Assembly: GCA_035221665.1 (NCBI GenBank)
Contig: CM069149.1
Location: 32,054,001-32,118,000 of the forward strand
DNA length: 64,000 nt
Reading direction: 5' to 3'
Source: Okamejei kenojei
Taxonomy: Eukaryota
Shown here: positions 13,870-27,343 of the stretch, piece by piece
Position numbering within the stretch: the first letter of the stretch is position 1
How the letters are laid out: every line of letters begins with the position of its first letter
Position numbers and translations under genes: made by a program
Notes under the pieces: model-generated
Seen by the model: only the letters and a program-made list of their open reading frames with translations
What the model was told of the DNA's origin: nothing
The model's database searches: none

Positions 13870-14895
13870 ATTAGTGCATCGACATATTTTCACTGATTTT
13901 CTATGGCGCAAGAAGTCCGATCAATCCATCGTGAATCATTCCTAGCACAAAGGAAAATGTTTGCGGTGCTAGGAGGTCAACATCTCAGCCAAATGACATT
14001 GCACAGGAATCCCTCAAGGTAATGTCCCAGGCCCAATCATCATCATCTGACCTTCCTTCAATTGTAAGGTCAGAAGTAGAGATGTTCAAGAGCACCCCCC
14101 AACTAACGGCAGCAAGAGCTGGTCAATATCCAGGTTCAAGTTAATCGGTGGCAACGTACATTTGTACCCACAAGTGCCGGGCAATGACAATATTCAACAA
14201 GAGAAAATCCAACAAATTCCCCTGATATCATTATCACTGAATCCCCCATTACCAATATCTGGGGAGTTACCATTGACCAGAAACTGAACTGGGGTAGCCA
14301 TGTAGATCATGTGGCTGCAAGAGCAGGTCAGAGAAATAAATCTTGCGGCATGCAACTTGCTCCTCACACCCCAAAGTCTGCCCAGCTTATACAAGGCTCA
14401 AATCAGGGGTCTTATGGACTACTCTTTATTTACCTTGATTAATGTGGCTTCATCAATACTACAGCAGCTCGGCACAATACAGAACATCGCAGCTCACATG
14501 ATAGGCACCCCATCCACAATAATTAATTCGCTCTGCAATTGATGCAGAGTGGTGGCACTTTGGACAATCTGCAGCAACTTACCAAACTCCTTGGACAGCA
14601 CCTTCGCAACCCATGACCTCTTCAATCTGGAAGGACAAGATCAGCAAAAGCTTGGGACCACCACTACATGGAAATTGTCCTCCAAGCCACACACCAATCT
14701 GACTTTGAAATACATTGCTATTCCTTCTCTTCCGCTGCGTCAATCCTTGACCTTTCTCCATGATTGTGGTATAGCCACACCTTCAGACCTGCAGTGGTTC
14801 AAGTCGGCAATTCACCATCACCAAACCAAGGACAATTAGGTCAAGGACGATTAAATGCTGGCTCAACCTGCAAAGCCCATCTCCCTTGGAAGAAT
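13870..14895 (+). mobile_element. Degraded CR1/L2-group LINE (RT and 3' end)
   Basis: GIPQGNVPGP..DLPSIVRSEVEMF remnant; LSLYKAQIR..MDYS motif; related copies at about 17160-17790 (+), 19840-20400 (-) and 58200-59270 (-). Confidence 0.7.
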
Positions 14896-15199
14896 AGATC
14901 ACACAAAAACATCTCCCAGTAGAGCAATCCCACCAGTTCCATTTGCCGATAGCTCAGTTTATTCACTCAACTCCCCTTTGGTTCTTTTGCCAATTACCTC
15001 AACTGATTGGTAATTTGCAGTTGTCAATTAATCCAGCAGCATGCCTTTAAGACATGGATGGGAATCCATAAGGTCAGTATTGAACGTGGTTCCTATAATT
15101 TGAGGCAACATAGCCCATCCAGAGGATATTACTGCTCTGGTAACAGCGGTAATTCTTTATAGAACACCCTTACAGCAGGTAATGCATGCACTTTATTTG

Positions 15200-15580
15200 G
15201 TCAAGTTAAATAGGCTGGGGGGTGCGGGTGGATGTGTTGACTGGCAGATGATTGGACCAAGGCCAGAGATAAAAAGACAAAATGCTGTGAAACAAGATAT
15301 GGAGAGTGGAGGCATGAAATGCAAAACTAGAGAAAGGGATTTAAGTAGAAGAGGGCAGGAAAAATAGGGCAGATGAGAGGGAAATGGGTATACATCCAGG
15401 GAGAAGGGAAAAAATGGGGAGGGTCCCATCTCTCTTCCCCCTGCTACAATCAGTCTGAAAAACGGTCCCGACCCCAAATGTTGCCCATTCATGTCCTCCA
15501 GAAGGCTGCCTGGCCCTCTGAGTTATTCCAGTACATTGTTTCTATTTTTGTATCTGCAGTTCCCTGTGTCTACATTACCT
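15200..15580. mobile_element. Penelope-derived fragments in inverted arrangement
   Basis: Purine-rich minus-strand piece joined to a plus-strand cagtctgaaaaacggtcccgacccc...gagttattccag tail. Confidence 0.6.
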
Positions 15581-16714
15581 CCAAATAATTTGACCGGCAG
15601 TATTTTATTTCCATGGAATATTAAGGTTGCATTCTCTGCGCCTCTGCGGCAACAATGTTAGACCACATAAAGCTCCTTTGTCAGTTCCTCCGTGTTTCTC
15701 TGCCACCCTGATATTGTGGAGTGATCATTTATACCTGGCTTCCATGCCTGCTTCATTATAACACCTTTTCATTTCATCACTCCTGCCGTCTACTGCCATT
15801 TTGTTCTTATTCTGCTCACTTTTTGCATGAGCTTGTGATTGTTCATCTCCAACATCTTCCAAATCTGGTCAAAGGTTATTGATGAAAAGCATTTGTCACT
15901 TCTCCCTTGACTGACACCGCCCAATCTGCATTATTCATATTGACAGTTTACTTCAATTTTCAGAAAAGCCATTTGACAATATTCTTTGGGGTGTCAGCAG
16001 ACTGAGAAAATAATTGATAACAGGAGACAAGCAGGTAACGATGATGAAGTGCTGTCTGGTTAAAAGTAGCCAGTGGAGTTTTAAGCATTGCAAACCAATG
16101 AGAATATTTCCAATGAAATGAACAGTACGTCATTCATGGGTACATTTATGGGTAATTCTGGCAAAGTTAATGACCAGAAGGATCGATGACCTATACAGTG
16201 TCTTGAGACAAATTATTTAAGTAAGATAAATATGACAGATGGATTTTAATGTTTATAACTGGTAATTGTAAACATCTGTGCAAGTTAATAGTGGCTTCAT
16301 TTTCCATCGCCCACTTTAAATGCAGAATGACAGCTCCCAGTGTCAGCATTAAAATGACACTATTAAAAGGCCATGATAATCTAGTTATGTAGAACTGCAC
16401 TTAGGCAGGCTTTGAGCTTAGCCTGGTAACGTCATTCAAATGTTTTTTTTTTAAAACGAGAGCTTCACTTTAGTCCATTTCATCGTATAATGTGAAACAT
16501 TCAACAGTAGAAAGAGATGGAGAAGGCAAACAATCATATCATTGAGCAATATTTATATATACAAGCACCTCACCAGCAAACCTACCCCAGTATCCTGTCT
16601 TTAAAGAGACTGGGCTCAGAGCAAATATTTTAAATAGGGTTCCACAAACAAATGTACAAATTCTACCAATCAAGATGTAGATGAGAGATAAACAAGGGGG
16701 CAGCTGACAACAAA

Positions 16715-17130
16715 GTGGTATGACGGCAGTGCAGTTTGTACTGTTGCCTCAGTTCCAGGAACCCAAGTTGCCCCTGACATCAGTCTGAAGAAGGGTCTCG
16801 ACCAGAAACGTCGGCCATTCCTTCTCTCCAGTGATGCTGCCTGTCCCGCTGAGTTACTCCAGCATTTTTGGTCTATCTTCGACCCAAATTTGACCCTGAC
16901 TTCAGGTGCAGCCTGTGAGGAGTTTATACATGCTACAATGTAGGTTTCCCCTACTTTGCACCAGTTTCCTCCTACATCCCAAAGACAGTGGTAGATCGAT
17001 TGGCCACTGCAAACTATCCCTTGTGTAGGCTGATGTAAAAAAAAAAAAAAAAAAAAATCACAAGTGAAAAAGCTGCAAGGCTACGGGGGAATTGGGTTGC
17101 CCTGCTTGGGTGGCATGGGTTTGACGAGCC
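16715..17130 (+). mobile_element. V-SINE interrupted by a Penelope-derived repeat (16779-16880)
   Basis: tRNA-like head and V-domain; insert flanked by an imperfect ~19-bp duplication aacccaagttgcccctgac / gacccaaatttgaccctgac. Confidence 0.65.
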
Positions 17131-19514
17131 AAATTTTTGGTGTGGTAATTAATATTTTTCATATTGACTAATAGACCATGTTACAGGAATCGCCCCCTAT
17201 AAAATGACTCTCTGGATCTTATTGACGTAATTATCATAGATAAGTATTCACCATCAACATCCCGAAGGTCACAACTGAGCAGAATCATTATAACCATGGT
17301 TACACAAATAGGCCAGATCTTGGGTATCGCGTAGCAAATGACTCGCCTCCTGGCACCCCAAAGTCTTTCCACAATCTGCAAGGCACATGATCTCTACTTA
17401 CCAGTATCAATGCAGTCACATTCAAGCAGCTTGACTCTCTATAGGACAAATCAATTTGACTGGCATTCTATTTATTGCCCCAAATATTCCTGCCCTCTCC
17501 ATCTTATGCACTTTGACCACAGTGTACAGCACTACAGTAATTTCCCCAGGCTACTCAGACTGCACCTCAAATTTGTGACCTCTACCACCAACAACAGATT
17601 AATGCAAACACCACCTCCTTAAAGTTCCCCTTCAAACAGTACAACACTCCTACTTGGAAACACAATTATTGAGCCTTTCATGGTGTTGGGATGAAACCCG
17701 GGAACTCTTAAGTATAATGGAAATAGTTTCACAGAAGATTGCCACGCTAAGGATTGGCCACAAATATACATACATGTCAGATAATGAACCAATAAATACC
17801 ACCATTACCGTCTGCTTTTCCCTCACTCCCAGAATTAAATTTCAAATGCCGTTATGTTTCACAGTACAAAACCCAGGGTGGTTGAAAGAAACCTGCCAAC
17901 ACAAGAATGCTGAATAGTCGCTAAACTATTATTGTTGGTTATACTCCTGTAAATGGAAGCAGGACAGATGGCAAACAAAATCTTTGGAGAATTATCCCTC
18001 CACAAAAGACTTTCTCACACTACAACTTGACTATTAACAAGTTGCATGAGGGATTACAGATGCTTTCAAGCTTTTGCAACACCCAGCTGACAACCCAACT
18101 ACTACAAAGTTTTGATTTACCGTTCTGCAACAGTTTTCTCTTAAGTGTTGCGCGAGTACATTTCTTACCAGTGAACTGAAACAAGGTAACAAATTCAAAT
18201 CACAATGCCACAAGGTGTGGGAAGACCGAAATCTGTGTCAGCAGCTTAGTCTACACAGTTTATGTGTTTCTTCAAAGCAAATGGTGTGGTGAACCTATGG
18301 AAGGGACGCAAAGAGCGCTTTTGCTGAAAATTAAAAAGAAAGCAACTTGCTCCCAGCTCCCCAAAGTCTAAGCTATTACCCCAGATATAACATTTGCAAG
18401 GATCAACTGCAATAAACTTTAAATGGCAAAGAGAAGCATAATGCAAAGGATGCCTCAAGGCAGCTTAGAAAGATGTTCTTGCCATTGAGGGACAGTAGGA
18501 ATTGTACACCAAATTGATTCTGGGGATGGCGTGTTTGCCTGGGTCTATAATACTTAGAGTTTATTATAATAGTGGTTTTAAAGAATCAAAAAATCCTATG
18601 GGACTTGACGGTATAGGGAAAAGTGATGACGGCGTGCAAAATACCTAGGCTGCAGGAGTTCACACTCCCAAAGGGCCATACAGGACTGAGATGAGCTGAA
18701 ATTGCTACACCCAGAAGACAATGAATCTCCGCAATTCTCTACCCAAGGGGACTGCAAAGGACATTAATTGAGTAAGTTCAACACAGGATCAATAGGTTAT
18801 TAAGACATCAAGGGAATCAAAAGTTAATGAAAGGAGGGGAAAGATTAGACATAATCTTATTGATCAGAGCAGGCATGAGGGAATGAATTACTCATTTTGG
18901 CTTTTAATGTTTCTGTTCTAATGTTCAATGGATTGATACCCAGTTTTGTTAAGGAGAACATCAGGATTTTGTCAGGATTTTGGAGTTATTTAAATATTCC
19001 ACTGGGAAACAATTTCGTTAGTAGGATTTCAGCTCTTTGGTGGTCCCAACTAATTTTCAGATGAGGCAAAGCAGAAACCTCGCTTCAAATAAACTAGGAA
19101 ATATTTCCCATTGATCCGAAGCTCCACTGTTAATGCTGAAATGAACTTAAGAACGTGTACAATAACATATTTCATTTGTGCTGAAAGAAATGGAACATCC
19201 AGATATTCTGAAAACAAACAATATGAATCTACCATTGTTAGTTGAGACGTCATTACGCCAGGAAGAACAATTACCAAAGACAAAACAGATGCAGAGCAAA
19301 AATGAATATTATCACAATACTTCATAACCAAACAGCTATTGCACATAATTCACTAAGTTAAGGTTGGTTCATTAAAAACAAACATTTATTACAACCAAAG
19401 AAAAACTAACTTTTTAATTCAGTTGCTGTTGTAAGAAGAGTCCACGATACTCTAACATATTTTTTGGTAACTTGCGTCTTATTTGCTTTTGTAGCCCAAG
19501 TATTAATATGACTA

Positions 19515-19805
19515 GTCCTGTCTAGTCTAGGCACAAGCTCAGGGGCGACCGTGCCTTTGCGGTCGCAGCTGCTAGACTATGGAACAGCATCCCCCTCCGC
19601 ATTAGAACTGCCCCCTCCATCGACTCCTTTGTCTAGTCTAAAAACATATCTGTTCTCCCAAGCCTTTCCTGACGTCCTCCGAGCGAGGGCTATTTGTACA
19701 TATGTATGTAGCCTGCTTGCGTATACTACTCTTATAACAAATGTAAAGCACTTTGGTCAACGAGAGTTTATTTTAAATGTGCTATATAAATAAATGTGAC
19801 TTGAC
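19515..19805 (+). mobile_element. L2 LINE 3' end
   Basis: GDRAFAVAAARLWNSIPLRIRTAPSIDSF..LKTYLFSQAF followed by tgtaaagcactttg...aaatgtgctatataaataaa tail. Confidence 0.85.
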
Positions 19806-22479
19806 GCATTTCTGGTGAAATGGGGACCCCCAGGAGATAAATATTGATGGAATTGATATTCAATGGCATGGCCTTCACCAAGGACAGGCAGTTGGACAGT
19901 CGTCTTGAAAATTATCATCGCTCAGTACTTTTGTTAATTCTCAACCCATGTTGTCATGGTCTTGCTGCAATCAGCCATAAACTACTTCATGAGACGCAAT
20001 CAAACATCCCCACTTCGGACATCATGGAAGGTTGGTCACTTAGAAATAGAAGGATAGTTGGGTTAGGACATTGTATTGTGCTACTGACTGAAGCGTGGCT
20101 TTAGGGGGTGGGATAATCTCCAACACACACCACTCCTTTATGTGAGGTCTGGCCCGACCAATGAAGTGTTTATCTCCTTTTGCCCAGGATCTTTGATGCT
20201 AACTTCGTCTAATGCTGATGTGAAAGGCAGTCATACGTGTCAGGAATTCAACTGTTTTGAGTATGTTTGAAACAAGGCCGTGCTAAGTTGTGGATACCAA
20301 TTGTTCTGGTGAAATCCAAACAGACATCTACAAGCAGGTTATAGGAAACTGTCATTTGTTAGCACCCATGATATACTTTCAGGGAAGGAGTGGCAAATGG
20401 GCAATTTGGTTGATGCAACTCGAGACCCGAGTGTGAGAGACATTTTCCCTTAAGAAACAAAATGAAGTATTATTCATTTATTTCACATTTAACATCAGGT
20501 GATCGAAAAAGCTCTTTAAATATCTAGTTAGTGAATGGGATAGCTTACCAGAGCTATGAAACACTGTCCACTTGTCATGTTAAAAATGGGTAACTTATCA
20601 AGTCCAAATGCTGTTTGGAACTCTTTGGAAAAACATTAAATTCAAACTTACTCCAAGCCACTAGCAGCCTGGTTTACATTACTTCAGCAAAACTGAGGAG
20701 TTGAATAGCCTGGGTACCCATTTCGTAATTGCATTTGCAGCACACCCAAACCACGCAATAAATATTTGGCTTGATGTTAAGCTAGTATGATGCAAATGGC
20801 CCAATGAACCATCACTTTTCTTGTTGGCAAGTACACAAGCAAATAGCAAAGCCAGTGCAAAGGTCAGGGCTTGAGTAACGAGCTCAGGATATTTAATCAA
20901 TCTGGAAGCAATGATTAAGGAACAAAGGTGGGTATAAAAATTTAGAAAGGAAGAAAAAAGATTTAAACTAAAGGATAAACACCTCAGTATACAACATCAA
21001 AATACATATCAATCGTGTCTGGCTCTGTACTGCGTCAAACTCGTTCATTTTTGCATGCTCACCATTCTCTATATTACAGATTGTTTCTATCTAGTATATT
21101 TATCCAAACAACGAGATTTTCTTCATATTCTACACCAAATCAAACTGCACCAGTTGTGTTTTCTTCTAGCTGTATATTACATCAAATTGCACCAGTCATA
21201 TCATTATTCCTTGCTGTATTTTGCAAACTCTAGCACCACCTAGGTTTTCTCAGTGCTGTTAACTGCATCATTCTACGGCACTTTCAATTACGTCACATTC
21301 AATTAGAATCTTGCCAAATATTTGATATTTTAATTTTTATAAATCAAGATGCAATATGCTCCGACCCAATTCAAAGCAAATACAATTGGATGTTTTGGTA
21401 TACAAAAACAAACTGCTGCTTTGCAAGGGAAAGGGGAAAAAAATGGCATATTTCAAGAACAATAAGTCATTCTTCGGTCTTTATTCCTTTGCACAAGAGA
21501 TTTTGAGGGCTTTTGATAAGAACTCAAATTACAATCTTAAACAAAAGTTGCTGGGAATACAAAGCCTGTTAACAGGATGAAGGGAGAATTGCTTTGTATT
21601 ACATTAATCACTTATATCTTTTATCTTTGAAACAAAGCAATGATTTCACTTGGGAGTATTAGGGCTGTTTCATCATTGCCAATCCCCACCATGTTATATT
21701 CTAATAATTGCTCCCCCTCCCCCCGACCCAAACACGGTTTATTCTTCTCTTATACAAGCTATCATAAAGCTTCTCATACAATGAAGAAATAAATAATTAT
21801 TTGTGAAAAAAATCTTATTTGAACATATATTAGCAAGAGTCAACTAAAAATTATTTACCAAAATTTAGCAAGGTACAGCGGTAAGAACATACCACAGAAT
21901 CCCTTTTTGGTCCATGGAATCATATTGGCACGATTGCCAATTACTTTCACTCATCTAAACTTTTCCAAGAAGCCGTCAGTTCCCTCAAGCATTCATCCGA
22001 TTTATCTTGGAATATCACTAGGATATCTTCTCTTTCAGTTAGTACATTCCATATTATAATTTTCTTCCTTCACGTTACCTTGGCTCGGTTGGCACTTACG
22101 TTGTTTGTCCTACTGGGAATCAACTCTCAGGACACTGGGAAATGGCTTTTTTGCTCTCTTGAAATAAGAAAATTAGAAGGTCAAGCCTACTCTTCCATTC
22201 ACCTGGTTCATGGGTGATTTTCTACCTTGGTTCAAAATTCCTACAATAGTCCCATATCATCGATTCCTTGAATGTCAATCCGTTTTGAATGAACTTGGAC
22301 AGAGTCCCTACGACCCTTCAATATAGAGAATTCCAGATATTCATTATTTTCAATATAAGATTGCCTCAGGTCAGTCCCACATGGTCACCTTTAAATTTGA
22401 GAGTAAAGCAGAGGGAATCCAGGGGAACCACTCACCTGAAACCAGCACCTTGAATGCAGCTCCAGTGAATACAGGCTAG

Positions 22480-22775
22480 GGGATAGCGCAGTGGCGCAGC
22501 AGTACAGTTGCTGCCTTACAGCGCTTGGGACCCAGGTTCGATCCCGAGTATGGGTGCTATCTGCACAGAGTTTGCACGTTCTCCCCGTGACCGTGCAAGG
22601 TTTTTCTGGGTGGGTTTTCTTTGGGTGTTCTGGTTTCCTCCCACATTCTAAAGACACGCAGGTTTATAGGTTAATTGGCTTCTGTAAATGGTCCCTAGTG
22701 TCTAGGACAGAACTAGTGTGTAAGTGTTTGCTGGTGTTCGAAGGGTCAGTTTCCACCCTGTTGCTCTGAACTAAA
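22480..22775 (+). mobile_element. tRNA-derived V-SINE (HE1-like), near full length
   Basis: A-box tggcgcagcag, B-box ggttcgatccc, V-domain gagtttgcacgttctccccgtg..ggtttcctcccaca, CR1-like tail. Confidence 0.85.
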
Positions 22776-24190
22776 CAATTCCAGTTAATCTCATCATCAC
22801 CCTTGGAGGTCATTTGGGAATTTTCTTCACATTCCGTTTCTTGCATGTATATTCTCTCTCCCTCCAAACCCCCTCCCCTCCCAAACCTCTCCCCTCCCAA
22901 CCCTTGGACCTGCAAATCTCCTCCAAAGCTTCTCTATTCAAAGGAAAACTAACCTAGCTTTCCCAGTAGCTCCATGAAACGTTTGACTCCATTTCAATAC
23001 ATTTCTCCCAGAGCTCCATCAAGACCAGCACACATTTTATAAGCTGTGTCCAGTTCTGGCCATTATAATATGGTCAGGAAGTAATCAGTGCTTTAAAAGG
23101 TCTATCATAATTTCCTGGCTTTTGTACCCTATATGTCTTATAAAACCAACACTTTAATGTCACACCAACCTCAGAGATTCCAGTTTCATGACTTGTTCCT
23201 CCTTCAAAATAACATGAATTAGTAGTTGCCTCATTCTTCCTTCAAAACCACACCTGACTATATTAACCATATAACAATTACAGCACGGAAACAGGCCCTC
23301 TCGGCCCTTCCAGTCCGTGCCGTATTCTTCCACCATACGTCAGGCCATTTTCTCTGGTCTATCAATGTCACCTGAAATTTGTCACCAGCCTTGTCAGATA
23401 TAAAAAGACCAAGGAGTCTCAAAACTGGGAGCTGCAAAATTCAGTATGGCATATTCCTCACAAGAAATGCTAGTTGTCACAAATTACTTTGGAGAAATGA
23501 CAGTTCAAAATGCACCAGACATTAGAGGGGGAAATAGCGGAGCACGCAAAGAGTAGACATTATGCGCGGAAGATAGATCCTGCTGAACATATATTTCAAT
23601 GATAGCTGAAAACTATGTTTACAGTTGGCACCAAACCATTGAAGATGGTTTGAAGATGTCTCAGGCTGGACCAGGGATTGCAAACAGACCCCAAACTAGT
23701 GGGACAGAACATTAAAATTGGAATGAGTTTAAGTACAATAATTGGTTACATATTTAAATACAAATGGAAATACTCTTCACCCTGGTATTGAACAGACAGA
23801 GGGTGATGGCTGACCTCTGCTTTCTCTAAAGGCAAACATGCAATTTGGAGATGGCACATCAAAGCAAGCCTGGACAGTTGAACATTAAGCCAACCACACT
23901 AGCCTTCAAGCTGCATATGAAAAATAGGTGTTACCACCCTCACTACTTTCTGGTGGATTCTGCTGACTGTAGGATCTGTTTCTGTTTATCTGTAGATAGA
24001 CAAAGTGCTGGAGCACCTCAGGTCAGGCAGCATATTTGGATAAAAGGAACAGGTGATGTTTCGGATCAGAACCCTTCCGAACAGAAATGTAATCTGTGAT
24101 TGCTGGATGGCAGAAGAGCAGGCTTTGGAAAAGATAAAGGATTCAAGGATTTTGCATGTTTACTTTATCGGGTCACAATAGGGCCAATTA

Positions 24191-25789
24191 CAGTAGCTTG
24201 CAAAAGTTTTCATACCCCTTGAACTTTTCCACATTTTGTCACGTTACAACCACAAAAGTAAATGTATTTTATTGGGATTTTATGTGATAGACCAACACAA
24301 AGTGGCGCATAATTGTGAAGTGGAAGGAAAATGATACATGGTTTTCAAATTTTTTTACAAATAAAAAACTGAAAAGTGTGGCGTGCCCCCTTTACTCTGA
24401 TACCCCTAAATAAAATCCAGTGCAACCAATTGCCTTCATAAGTCACCTAATTAGAATCCACTTGTGTGTAATCTAATCTCAGTATAAATTTAGCTGTTCT
24501 GTGAAGGCCTCAGAGGTTTGCTAGAGAACATTAGTGAACAAACAGCATCATGAAGCCCAAGGAACACACCAGACAGGTCAGGGATAAAATTGTGGAGAAG
24601 TTTGAAGCAGGGTTAGGTTATAAAAAAAATATCCCAAGCTTTGAACAACTCACGGAGCACTGTTCAATCCATCATCCGAAAATGGAAAGAGTATGGCACA
24701 ACTGCAAACCAACCAAGATATGGCCGTCCACCTAAACTGACAGGCCGGGCAAGGAGAGCATTGATTAGAGAAGCAGCCAAGAGGCCCATGGTAACTCTGG
24801 AGGAGCTGCAGAGATCCACAGCTCAGGTGGGAGAATCTGTCCACAGGACAACTATTAGTCGTGCACTCCACAAATAGGGCCTTTATGGAAGAGTGGCAAG
24901 AAGAAAGCCATTGTTGAAACAAAGCCATAAGAAGTCAAGTTTGCAGTTTGCCACAAGCCATGTGGGGGACACAGCAAACGTGTGGAGGAAGGTGCTCTGG
25001 TCTGATGAGACCAAAATTGAAGTTTTTGGCCCAAAATGCAAAACGCTATGTGTGGCGGAAAACTAACACTGCACATCACCCTGAACACACCATCCCCATT
25101 GTGAAACATGGTGGTGGCAGCATCATGCTGTGGGGATGCTTTTCTCCAGCAGGGACAGGGAAGCTGGTCAGAGTTGATGGGAAGATGGATGGAGCCAAAT
25201 ACAGGGCAATCTTGGAAGAAAACCTGTTAGAGTCTGCAAAAGACTCGAGTCTGGGGCGGAGGTTCACCTTCCAGCAGGACAACGACCCTAAATATACAGC
25301 CAGAGCTACAATGGAATGGTTTAGATCAAAGCATATTCATGTGTTAGAATGGCCCAGTCAAAGTCCAGACCTAAATCCAATTGAGAATCTCTGGCAAGAC
25401 TTGAAAATTGCTGTTCACAGACGCTCTCCATCCAATCTGACTGAGCTTGAGCTATTTTGCAAAGAAGAATGGGCAAAAATGTCAGTCTCTAAATGTGCAA
25501 AGCTGATAGAGACATACCCCAAAATACTTGCAGCTGTAATTGCAGCGAAAGGTGGTTCTACAAAGTATTGACTCAGGGTGGCAGAATACTTTTGCACTCC
25601 ACACTTTTCAGTTTTTTATTTGTAATAAAATTTGGAAACCATGTATCATTTTCCTTCCACTTCACAATTATGCACCACTTTGTGTTGGTCTATCACATAA
25701 AATCCCAATAAAATACATTTACGTTTGTGGCTGTAACGTGACAAAATGTGGAAAAGTTCAAGGGGTATGAAAACTTTTGCAAGCCACTG
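24191..25789 (+). mobile_element. Tc1 DNA transposon family 1, full length (1599 bp), DD34E
   Basis: TA TSDs (24189-90, 25790-91); ~195-bp TIRs starting CAGT(A/G)GCTTGCAAAAG with about 7 mismatches by eye. Confidence 0.97.
24550..25571 (+). pseudogene. Tc1 transposase pseudogene
   Basis: MKPKEHTRQVRDKIV...GRPPK...WSDETK...QQDNDPK-34aa-NPIE...GGSTKY*; frameshifts at homopolymers near 24625 and 25025, TAG at 24875-24877. Confidence 0.95.
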
Positions 25790-27343
25790 TATAAGGTAGC
25801 TAACTGCCCCCACAGAATAATGAGTTAGCAAAGGTTACCCATTTCATGTAAAATGAAGAAAACACAAGACAAGTAAATTTTTAATAATGGAAATTAAGTA
25901 CAAGAGGGTACTTGAACAACAAAATCTCCTCAGAAGCTACGAGGAAGGATATAAACTGCTGTACCCCATTGTAAAATGCAGGTCAGTCCTGGGTATTTAT
26001 AAAGACTAGACTCACTCTCTCTACATTTGCCAGTGAATTATGTTCCCAAAATAAATGTTACATTTACTATCTCTAAACCACAAGAATCTTATTTTGCACA
26101 TAAACATAACAATCAGTTACAGCCCAGAAGTAATCAGCTCAACTCTGAATTGGCAGCATCCCATTGTGGCTTGGGCACAGGTTTACTGAAATAAACGTTG
26201 CAAATTTTCAAACCAGCTTGTGATCAATAATTTTCAAAATTCTCTCCTGAACAATCGCTAACACGACGCAATTGGGGTCCGCTGGTGAATTCATAATGGT
26301 TGATGGTGTAAATTATCTCACTGCTTAGCAAGGAAATGTGAAAATCCATAGATAATGCCGAGAAAATGTAATACTAGGGCAACTTAAATCATTATTAAGG
26401 CACTCTGTACAAACACATGGAATAAAAATCATCCAACCAAACCCCAAACTGCCTTGGCAGCTCAGTTTTTAAACCCCAAAATTTATTGGCTTGACATTTG
26501 CACAAATGCATGACAGGTTTCTTAATTGAGAAAAGTCTGCTCGTCCGATTTTCACCAATCATCAAAAGTTAGAAAAGCTTTGTTCGAATTAATGACTTAA
26601 TCGACGAGGTGTGTATCGATATTTGTGCACCTTTGATATACTTGTGCACTTTATCATATGACTAGGCTAGTTTGAGTCAGATTAATAACACTTACTGTTA
26701 CAATAATGAGCCACATATGGCAAAAGGGAGCACTTCTCTGTTGCATTTTGGTTTTGGCTTTAAAATGAAAACTTACCCATTCAGTGCAGGGTTAACGTAT
26801 TTGAGAAATAGCAGGAAAATAAGTTTAAAATCATATATATCCCACAATAAAGTCATCTGTATATCTCAACACAGCTGTGGCAATTCTTGCATTAACTCAA
26901 TAAGAGACGCATTAAAAAAAATGGCACATCGCCACACAGAGCCCAATGCCCTTCAAGTATTTTACTGTTAACCGTGCATCACTGGTGTACTGACAATATC
27001 TCATTGAACTGGATTACATTGGGATTTCCTCAAATTGTTTTCTTTGTGATAGGTAGGTTAATTGTAACTCACCATAAAACTTAAGAAAACAAAACCTGTG
27101 AATTTGACAATGTGGGTCAGGTATTGATTGAAATCAATACTGAGGGAATTTGGAGTGTATTAAGGAAGATGGTCAGTGAAGTAACACATAGCAAAATGCC
27201 ACAGCTTATCAGGGTCAAAACATTTTTAAGGTCCAGAGTTACAAGACTCCAGAATCCAGCAGGTGGATCTTTACTCTTCCCTAATATAACAAAGAATCTT
27301 CACGTTAGTTAGAAACTACAATTATCCACCAGTTACCACCTAC

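Noticed and set aside
22480-22560. tRNA-like A/B boxes as a tRNA gene
   Set aside because: No cloverleaf; continues into a V-SINE body.
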